A stretch of DNA of 64,000 nt from contig CAZHFZ010000001.1 in assembly GCA_964531455.1 (NCBI GenBank), positions 40,454-104,453 on the forward strand, in the 5' to 3' direction. The notes beneath the pieces are model-generated. The model was given only the letters and a program-made list of their open reading frames with translations. It did not search any database and was not told the origin of the DNA. The DNA comes from an uncultured Bordetella sp. (GTDB taxonomy: Bacteria > Pseudomonadota > Gammaproteobacteria > Burkholderiales > SG8-41). Made by a program: the position numbers and the translations under genes. The first letter of the stretch is position 1. Each line of letters opens with the position of its first letter. This document shows positions 48,279-56,475 of this stretch, piece after piece.

Positions 48279-48907
48279 TTCTTCGCTCCCGCAGCCGGTT
48301 TGGCGGCCGCTTTTCGTGCCGAGGCGACTTCGCTGTCATCGAGGTAGCGGAATGTCTTGGCAACCGCATCCAGTGTCAGTGTGTCTTTGCCGGCAGAAAG
48401 CGAAATGTCATTGAGCGTAACGATGCGCGACAACCTGCCAATATCGCTCGCAAAAGCACCAAGGTCGTGATAACTGCCGGTTACTTTGACCGTGATGGGC
48501 AATTCAGCGTAAAAATCGCCCATGATTTCCGATGTTGCAGGACGGAACAGCTCAAACTGAAGGCCCCGGCCCAGACCTGCCTGGTTGATGTCAGTCAGCA
48601 GCGCATCCATTTCGGATTTACCCGGCAGTTGCTTCAGCAGCGCGCCAAATTGCGACTCGATGTCCACCAACTGCTTGCGATACGCCGGAAGGTCGATAGC
48701 CTGCTTCTTTTTATCCAGAAAAGTGGTACGCAACTGTTCTTGCTTGACTTTGGCACCGTCGATCTGTGCCAACTGATCTTGCCAGTCGAACCAGTAAGCC
48801 GCACCGATGAGCGCGATCAGCAGCAGCAGCAATACGCCAAGTTTGGGCAGGATCGGCCAGCTGCCGATCTTGTTGGGATCAAGTTTCTTGAGTTCGTCCA
48901 GAGTCAT
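48275..48907 (-). CDS. pilO: Type IV pilus protein PilO
   Basis: QLPGKSEMDALLTDINQAG, FYAELPI, GSYHDLG. Confidence 0.95.
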   Translation of the reverse strand: MTLDELKKLDPNKIGSWPILPKLGVLLLLLIALIGAAYWFDWQDQLAQIDGAKVKQEQLRTTFLDKKKQAIDLPAYRKQLVDIESQFGALLKQLPGKSEMDALLTDINQAGLGRGLQFELFRPATSEIMGDFYAELPITVKVTGSYHDLGAFASDIGRLSRIVTLNDISLSAGKDTLTLDAVAKTFRYLDDSEVASARKAAAKPAAGAKK

Positions 48908-48910
48908 GTT

Positions 48911-49492
48911 TTAGCCCTTCTTCCCGGATCTCTTGTCAGTGGGCTCGGCGGCTCGCGTTACCTCAATGTTCATGGTGAACTCGTTGAGGCGTTGGCCACC
49001 GGTCGAAACTGATTTGATCTCCACCAGATTGGCTTTTTGCAGATACTGCGAACCTTCTAGGTTGCGCATCAGTGTTGATACACGGGCTTGAGACTGTGTA
49101 TAGCCTGTAATGGAAACCTTGGTGCCCTGCTGCTTGATGGACTTGAGATACATCCCGTCCGGCAATTGCCTGACCAGCTGGTCGAGCAAATGCACGACCT
49201 CGGCGCGATTGCTCTGAAGCGTTTCGACAACCTGCTTGCGCTTCAGCAATGCAGCAATCTGTTCCTTGAGTTTGTTGATCTCGGCGATTTCCTTGTCGAT
49301 CTTGACGATCTCGTCCTCGAGATATTTGTTACGGGCCTGCTGGTTGGTCAAAGCGCTGTCGAGATAAGTATGGACGCTGAACCAGATCGCGGCGGCAATG
49401 ACCACAACTGCGCCGAGCATTACAAAGAAGTGCTGCTGTTGCTGCTTGCGCCGCATCTCCCGATGCGGCAGCAGATTGATACGGGCGGTCAT
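48911..49492 (-). CDS. pilN: Type IV pilus protein PilN
   Basis: RINLLPHRE motif, TM helix, RVSTLMRNL. Confidence 0.95.
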   Translation of the reverse strand: MTARINLLPHREMRRKQQQQHFFVMLGAVVVIAAAIWFSVHTYLDSALTNQQARNKYLEDEIVKIDKEIAEINKLKEQIAALLKRKQVVETLQSNRAEVVHLLDQLVRQLPDGMYLKSIKQQGTKVSITGYTQSQARVSTLMRNLEGSQYLQKANLVEIKSVSTGGQRLNEFTMNIEVTRAAEPTDKRSGKKG

Positions 49493-50595
49493 TTGTCGAA
49501 CCTCCTCATCGCGAGGCCGCAGGCGACCATGAGCGAAGGCGCATCCTGCTCAAGACTTTTACGTCTTATATGGGAAGACATGCCCATATTCGCGAACGGA
49601 TTGGCAACAGAGGTTTCTACCTGAGCGCGTTTTGCCACCGCCTCGGCGATACCCGGTATCGCCGCACAGCCACCACATAAAACGATATGGTCGACCTTGT
49701 TGTATTGGGTCGAAGAGAAAAAGAACTGGATTCCGCGGGCAATTTCCAACCCGAGCGTGTCGAGAAACGGATGCAGAACTTCGGTTTCATAATTTTCCGG
49801 GAGTCCGCCTGCACGCTTTGCAGCTTCGGCTTCCTCGGCGGAAAGGCCGAACTTGTTCTGGATTTCCTGGGTCAATTGACTGCCGCCGAAAGGTTGTTCG
49901 CGCATATAAACCGACTGGTCGTTGCGCAGAACATTCACGTTCATGGTTGAGGCGCCGATGTCGACCACCGCGATGTTCAGATCATGACCACGTTCGGGCA
50001 TAGTGGCTTCGATCAATTCAAAGGCTGACTGAGCGGCAAAAAGGTCTACGTCCATGACCAATGCCTTCAGTCCGGCGCCTTCAGCGACAGCGACGCGATC
50101 CTCAATCTTGTCTTTTCTGGAGGCGGCGATCAGTACCTCCACGTCTTCAGGGCTGTTCGGCGCAGGGCCAACGACCTGATAGTCGAGGTTGACTTCGTCC
50201 AGTGAGAAAGGAATGTACTGGTTCGCCTCGGTTTCTACCTGGATTCCAAGATCGTCGTCAGTTTGTCCGGCGGGTACCAGGATTTTCTTGCTGATCACTG
50301 CAGCGTTTGGCAGGGCAAGGGCCAAGTTCTTGAAATTGCTGCCCAGGCGTTTGTGGCAGCGCTTGACGGCCTCAATCACGGCATCAAGGTTATTAATATT
50401 GCCCTCAACAACGGAATCGCTTGGCAGCGGTTCGATGGCGTACCGCTCCAGACGGTATGCACCTTTTCCGGCGTCTACGATCTCTACCATCTTGACGGCG
50501 GAGGAACTTATGTCTGCGCCTATCAACGGCGGTATCTTGGGCTTGAACAAAGCCTCGAAGGCGTCGAAGTTAAGGCTGAATTTTCCTTTAGCCAT
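49489..50595 (-). CDS. pilM: Type IV pilus actin-like protein PilM
   Basis: IGADISSSAVK, QYIPFSLDEV, VDIGASTM, GGSQLT, ACGLAMR. Confidence 0.96.
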   Translation of the reverse strand: MAKGKFSLNFDAFEALFKPKIPPLIGADISSSAVKMVEIVDAGKGAYRLERYAIEPLPSDSVVEGNINNLDAVIEAVKRCHKRLGSNFKNLALALPNAAVISKKILVPAGQTDDDLGIQVETEANQYIPFSLDEVNLDYQVVGPAPNSPEDVEVLIAASRKDKIEDRVAVAEGAGLKALVMDVDLFAAQSAFELIEATMPERGHDLNIAVVDIGASTMNVNVLRNDQSVYMREQPFGGSQLTQEIQNKFGLSAEEAEAAKRAGGLPENYETEVLHPFLDTLGLEIARGIQFFFSSTQYNKVDHIVLCGGCAAIPGIAEAVAKRAQVETSVANPFANMGMSSHIRRKSLEQDAPSLMVACGLAMRRFDK

Positions 50596-50787
50596 ATAAT
50601 TTTAGGGCGAACCCCTTACAATTTACTTTAAGTAATGAAAGCAAGTTTTTATTCGGCAACGCTTTTCTGTTGCGTTTCTTTTGCGGTTTTATCCGCCTAT
50701 AATGCTCCGGCTGAGTTACTACTCTGCAGTATTTTTGGCGTACAGGCAATAAGATTTTGCATTAGGTGTAGCGCGTAACCCACAGAT

Positions 50788-50809
50788 TAATTTGACTTTT
50801 TTCACATTT
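50788..50809. promoter_or_regulatory. CRP/Vfr-like binding site in the pilM-mrcA divergent region
   Basis: TAATTTGA-CTTTTT-TCACATTT versus consensus AAATGTGA-N6-TCACATTT: 14/16 specified positions, right half perfect. Confidence 0.45.
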
Positions 50810-50824
50810 TTGATTTTCCACTAG

Positions 50825-53134
50825 ATGTCTGTCCGTTGGTGGGCCTTCCCACTATTACTGGTGTTTTTGCTTGCTGCGGCAGGCGTTTTGGTCGTCGGAT
50901 TCACGGCTGTGATGGTCTATCCGACGCTTCCGACGCTGGAAATCCTTACTGATTACCGGCCCAAGATCCCGCTAAGAGTCTACAGTGCGGACGGCAAGCT
51001 GATCGGCGAGTTCGGGGAAGAGCGCCGCGCCGTCGTCAAACTCGAACAAGTGCCTAAGACTCTGGTCAACGCCATCGTAGCGGCGGAGGACGAGCGGTTT
51101 TACCAGCACGGTGGCGTTGATTACATGGGTGTGGCCCGTGCAGCGCTTTCGAACTTTACGTCCGGCGGGGTTCGTCAAGGGGCGTCGACGATCACCATGC
51201 AGGTCGCCCGCAATTTTTTCCTGTCCAAGGAAAAAACGCTTACGCGCAAGTTCAACGAGATGCTGCTGGCGTTCAAGATCGAGTCGAATCTGAGCAAGCA
51301 GCAGATCCTTGAGCTCTACATCAATCAGATCTATCTCGGCCAGCGTGCCTATGGTTTTGCCGCAGCCGCACAAATTTACTACGGCAAACCGCTGGCCGAA
51401 CTGTCGGTCGCACAGCAGGCGATGCTGGCCGGTCTGCCGAAAGCGCCTTCGCGCTTCAATCCGGTAGCCAATCCCTCGCGAGCGAAACTGCGCCAGCAAT
51501 ACGTCTTGCGGCGGATGCGTGAACTCGGAATGATCACCCCTGAGCAGTTGGTGAATGCCGACAAGGAGCCGCTTGCCGTCAAGCAGTCGATCAACGGATT
51601 TCAGATTCGTGCAGATTATTTCGCGGAAATGGTACGTGCCCAGATGTTCGAGCGGTATGGCGAGGGGACTTACACCCTTGGGCTGAAAGTCTATACGACC
51701 CTGATTTCAGAACATCAGAAAGCAGCATACGAAGCTTTGCGTAAAGGCGTGCTGGAGTATGACCGTCGTCACGGCTATCGCGGCCCGGAGGCTTATGTCG
51801 AACTGACCGGCGAACTGACCGATGAAAAGCTGGAAGACGCACTTCAGGAGGCTCCGGACATTGAAGATTTGTATCCCGCGCTTGTGCTTGAAGCCAATCC
51901 CAAACTGGTCCGTGTTTATCGTTCCGGTGGAGAACGCATCACGATCACCGAAGACGGTCTGAAGTTTGCTGCCCGGTTGCTCGGTGATAACGTTCCACCA
52001 ACCCAGCGCATCCGGCGCGGTGCGATCATCCGCGTTGCGAAGGATGAAAAGGGACGTTGGCAAATTGTTCAGCTACCCCAGGTCGAGTCGGCCATTGTTT
52101 CAGCGGATTCGCGCACCGGGGCGATTCGATCGCTGGTCGGGGGATTTGATTTCAACCGAAACCAGTATAACCACGTGACGCAGGCTTTGCGTCAGCCCGG
52201 GTCAAGCTTCAAGCCCTTCATCTACTCTGCGGCACTGGAAAAAGGCTTTACTGCAGCGACGGTCGTCAACGATGCACCGTTGACCTTTACTGCTGCCCAA
52301 ACCGGTTCGGAGCCTTGGGAGCCCAAAAACTATGATGGCAAATTCGAGGGCCCGATGCGTTTGCGAACCGCACTGGCCAAATCGAAAAATCTGGTTTCAG
52401 TGCGCATCCTTCAGGCGATTTCGCCGCAGTATGCGCAGGATTATGTTTCTCGATTTGGCTTTGACCCCAAACTCCACCCTCCTTACCTGACCATGGCGTT
52501 GGGAGCTGGCAACGTAACGCCGATACAGATGCTGGGTGCTTATTCGGCTTTCGCCAACGGTGGCTTCAAGGTTACGCCCTATTTCATCGATCGCGTTGAA
52601 GACGACAAGGGGAAGGTGCTGCTTGCCAATCAGCCTTCTGTGGCAGGCGAGTCAGCAGAGCGAGTGATCGATGCACGGAATGCTTTCATCATGTCCAGTC
52701 TGATGCGTGATGTGGTGCGAGCTGGCACTGCCACTCGTGCTATGCGCTTGAAACGCAATGATCTTGCCGGCAAGACCGGCACGACCAACGATTTTCTCGA
52801 CGCATGGTTTGCCGGGTTTCAACCCTCGCTGGTGGCCGTTGTGTGGATGGGCTTTGACCAGCCGAAAACATTGGGCCGCAACGAGACCGGCGGCAGCGCT
52901 GCGTTGCCGATCTGGATCGATTACATGAGTGTTGCGCTGAAGAACGTGCCGGAAGAGGCGTTCAATCCGCCTCCTGGCGTAATTGTTATGCCGGTGAATG
53001 CCGATACAGGACTGCGCGCTGCTGAAGGAACCGGCATCAGCGAATACTTTTATCAGGAATATCCAGCGCCGTCGTCTGATGGTGCGGCTGGCGGCGAAAA
53101 GTTGCCTGATGAGGCGAGAAACCAGCTGTTCTAG
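50825..53134 (+). CDS. mrcA: Penicillin-binding protein 1A
   Basis: Transglycosylase AEDERFYQH, GASTITMQVARN, RKFNE; transpeptidase GSSFKP, SKN, KTGT; divergent from pilM. Confidence 0.96.
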   Translation: MSVRWWAFPLLLVFLLAAAGVLVVGFTAVMVYPTLPTLEILTDYRPKIPLRVYSADGKLIGEFGEERRAVVKLEQVPKTLVNAIVAAEDERFYQHGGVDYMGVARAALSNFTSGGVRQGASTITMQVARNFFLSKEKTLTRKFNEMLLAFKIESNLSKQQILELYINQIYLGQRAYGFAAAAQIYYGKPLAELSVAQQAMLAGLPKAPSRFNPVANPSRAKLRQQYVLRRMRELGMITPEQLVNADKEPLAVKQSINGFQIRADYFAEMVRAQMFERYGEGTYTLGLKVYTTLISEHQKAAYEALRKGVLEYDRRHGYRGPEAYVELTGELTDEKLEDALQEAPDIEDLYPALVLEANPKLVRVYRSGGERITITEDGLKFAARLLGDNVPPTQRIRRGAIIRVAKDEKGRWQIVQLPQVESAIVSADSRTGAIRSLVGGFDFNRNQYNHVTQALRQPGSSFKPFIYSAALEKGFTAATVVNDAPLTFTAAQTGSEPWEPKNYDGKFEGPMRLRTALAKSKNLVSVRILQAISPQYAQDYVSRFGFDPKLHPPYLTMALGAGNVTPIQMLGAYSAFANGGFKVTPYFIDRVEDDKGKVLLANQPSVAGESAERVIDARNAFIMSSLMRDVVRAGTATRAMRLKRNDLAGKTGTTNDFLDAWFAGFQPSLVAVVWMGFDQPKTLGRNETGGSAALPIWIDYMSVALKNVPEEAFNPPPGVIVMPVNADTGLRAAEGTGISEYFYQEYPAPSSDGAAGGEKLPDEARNQLF

Positions 53135-53258
53135 TGGTTTGCTGCTTCAGTTGCTGTCAGCCTGCCAAATGATCGCGGCGGTTTATCTGAAGTTCAGGAA
53201 ATCATTGTGAGCGGGCCAGCCTCGTTTGTCTTTACAGTGCTGCAGCATGGGGTGCGGT

Positions 53259-53858
53259 ATGTCGAGAGAGCGTAGCCGTGATGACGCGCGCAGCGCGATC
53301 GCCGTACAGGCGGCACGCCTGATGGCGCAGGACGGCATCGAAGATTACGGGCTGGCCAAACGCAAGGCGGCCAAACAGCTCGGCATGCCGGACATGCGGC
53401 GTTTGCCCAACAACGCTGAAATCGACGCAGCGTTGCGCGAATATAAAGACATTTACCAGTTGGATGACCAGGGAAAGCGCATCAAACTGTTGCGTGAGCA
53501 GGCTGTCAGCAGCATGCTGGAGTTGTCGGAATTCAATCCGCACCTCACCGGATCGGTGCTGTCCGGTATCGCCGGACCTTACGCAACCATCCATCTGCAG
53601 CTTTACACCGACAGCGCCAAGGCGGTCGAACTATTCTTGCTGAACCGAGGCTTGCCTTATCGTACAGGACAAGTCCGGCTATATGCAGGAGGTGAATTAC
53701 GTCTCCTGCCGGTGTTCAGCATTGATGATGAGGGAATTGAAATCGAGATGACGGTGCTGGAAACCAGGGATTTGCGGGCCCCGGTTCGGATTACAGCCGA
53801 AGGCCGTAATATCGAACGCGCAAAATTGCCAACGGTCAGAGCGCTGCTTGATGGCTGA
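53259..53858 (+). CDS. Conserved hypothetical protein with nucleotidyltransferase-like motif
   Basis: AARLMA.DG..DY..AKRKAAKQLG N-terminus, LP.N.EI, and LTGSVLSG..G segment resembling a pol-beta NTase G-S motif; start uncertain. Confidence 0.65.
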   Translation: MSRERSRDDARSAIAVQAARLMAQDGIEDYGLAKRKAAKQLGMPDMRRLPNNAEIDAALREYKDIYQLDDQGKRIKLLREQAVSSMLELSEFNPHLTGSVLSGIAGPYATIHLQLYTDSAKAVELFLLNRGLPYRTGQVRLYAGGELRLLPVFSIDDEGIEIEMTVLETRDLRAPVRITAEGRNIERAKLPTVRALLDG

Positions 53859-53867
53859 AATCCGGGG

Positions 53868-54908
<1,041 letters not shown>

Positions 54909-54928
54909 TTAAGGTTCTGCCGAAGCGG

Positions 54929-54955
54929 GAACTATTTATGATTATAGTCGTCTGA
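54929..54955 (+). promoter_or_regulatory. Putative sigmaE (RpoE/AlgU-type) promoter
   Basis: GAACTA-N16-TCTGA versus consensus GAACTT-N16-TCTGA/TCAAA; predicted +1 ~54961-54962, at the first sRNA hairpin. Confidence 0.55.
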
Positions 54956-54961
54956 TATTGC

Positions 54962-55063
54962 AGATGGCTTAGGTCATCGCCCGCTTCCCTCCCTGAGCGG
55001 GTGCCTTAATGCTAGTTAAGGCTCTTCACCCCCGGTTTACTCCCCTTAACCGGGGGCTTTTTA
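54962..55063 (+). ncRNA. Small RNA, anti-hemB-like, with CU-rich loops and intrinsic terminator
   Basis: Four consecutive hairpins: GATGGC-ttag-GTCATC; GCCCGCT-tccctccctg-AGCGGGT; GCCTTAA-tgctag-TTAAGGC; CCCCCGGTT-tactcccctt-AACCGGGGG-cTTTTT. Opposite strand to and upstream of hemB, as described for the anti-hemB motif. Confidence 0.75.
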
Positions 55064-55654
55064 TTTTTTTAGCCAACGCGCGACGACTGCTTGTGCCTGC
55101 TTGACGCCGGTTTTATTGGCGCCGGAAAAAATCTGTGCTGTGGCTTCGCCGGGATAGTGTTTCAACTCTTCTTCAGTACGTTGCAGTACTACTGTGGATT
55201 CCTGGCGCGTCAGCTTGTCTGATTTGGTCAGAAGGATGTGCACGGCCTTGCCGGTCGGTGCCAGCCAATCAAGCATCTGCCAATCCAGTGGCTTTAGACC
55301 ATGACGGGCGTCAACAACAATAACCAATAAAATCAATGCATTACGGTTAGTAATGTAAGTGCTGATTAACGCATCCCAGCGTTCCTGTTCCGGTTTCGGA
55401 ACCTTTGCATAGCCATAACCGGGCAAATCAACCAAGGAACAATGATTGCCCATGTCGAAAAAATTGATGGCTTGGGTACGACCGGGAGTTTTGCTGACAA
55501 ATGCCAGTTTGCGACGATTGGCCAGCGCGTTGATCGCAGTGGATTTTCCGGCATTGGAACGGCCGGCAAATGCCACCTCGGCACCCTGATCCGGGGGCAT
55601 ATCGGCGATCTGATGTACGGCATAGCGGAATTCAAGTTGAGAGAACAGGGACAC
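55061..55654 (-). CDS. engB: Ribosome biogenesis GTPase EngB (YihA/YsxC)
   Basis: AFAGRSNAGKS, SKTPGRTQ, DLPGYGYA, TKSDK. Confidence 0.96.
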   Translation of the reverse strand: MSLFSQLEFRYAVHQIADMPPDQGAEVAFAGRSNAGKSTAINALANRRKLAFVSKTPGRTQAINFFDMGNHCSLVDLPGYGYAKVPKPEQERWDALISTYITNRNALILLVIVVDARHGLKPLDWQMLDWLAPTGKAVHILLTKSDKLTRQESTVVLQRTEEELKHYPGEATAQIFSGANKTGVKQAQAVVARWLKK

Positions 55655-55747
55655 TAAGGGTTTCCTCTTGGCCTAGGGGGAATCGGCCGGGCAAAATGCT
55701 ATAGAATACAAGCCTTTTCTTCCGACCGTGGGTTTAAGGAGTATGCA

Positions 55748-56410
55748 ATGGATTACCGCCGCACCAATCGCCAACTGAAAATCTGGCGGCTGTTGACCGC
55801 AGTGGTAGTGGCACTCGTCGCTCCTGCGGCCATGGCGCAAGGCGTTATCAAGGGTGATCCGGCCAAAGCCCAGCCCATCGTGACCCAGGTTTGCGCGGCC
55901 TGCCATGCGGCTGACGGCAACAGTGCGATTCCGGCCAACCCCAGTCTGGCCGGCCAGCATCCCGAATACACCTACAAACAGCTGCGCAACTTCAAGTCGC
56001 AGGGTGGTAAACCCGCAGAGCGCAACAACGGCGTGATGGCAGGCATGGTGGCCAACCTGTCGGATGATGACATGAAGAATATCGCTGCTTACTATGCTGA
56101 GCAGAAACCCAAGCCGCGTGCAGCCCGTGACGCAGCCCTTGCTAAACAGGGAGAAGCCATATACCGCGGTGGCATCCAGGCCAAGGGCGTAGCATCCTGC
56201 GCATCCTGCCATTCGCCAAACGGTGCCGGAATTCCGGCGCAATTTCCCCGGGTGGCCGGACAACATGCCGAATACACGATTGCCCAGCTGACGGCGTTCC
56301 GTGCCGGCCTGCGCGCCAACGACCCGGCCCAGATGATGCGGATGATCGCTGCCAAAATGAGTGATCAGGAAATCAAAGCCGTATCCGAGTACATCGCGGG
56401 TTTGCGCTGA
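55748..56410 (+). CDS. Diheme cytochrome c4
   Basis: Signal peptide, two CxxCH motifs (CAACH, CASCH), P.LAGQH.EY repeats, Met ligands. Confidence 0.93.
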   Translation: MDYRRTNRQLKIWRLLTAVVVALVAPAAMAQGVIKGDPAKAQPIVTQVCAACHAADGNSAIPANPSLAGQHPEYTYKQLRNFKSQGGKPAERNNGVMAGMVANLSDDDMKNIAAYYAEQKPKPRAARDAALAKQGEAIYRGGIQAKGVASCASCHSPNGAGIPAQFPRVAGQHAEYTIAQLTAFRAGLRANDPAQMMRMIAAKMSDQEIKAVSEYIAGLR

Positions 56411-56435
56411 AACCTTTGTAACCTTTGCTCTGACC

Positions 56436-56464
56436 AAGGGAGACTGCAGCAGTCTCCCTTTTTT
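56436..56464 (+). terminator. Intrinsic terminator between cytochrome c4 and resB
   Basis: AAGGGAGACTGC-a-GCAGTCTCCCTT-TTTT. Confidence 0.75.
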
Positions 56465-56475
56465 GTCGCTAATTC

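Noticed and set aside
53168-53195. Minus-strand GAACTT-N17-TCATT as a sigmaE antisense promoter into the mrcA 3' end
   Set aside because: Poor -10 match and no downstream structure or terminator to support a transcript.
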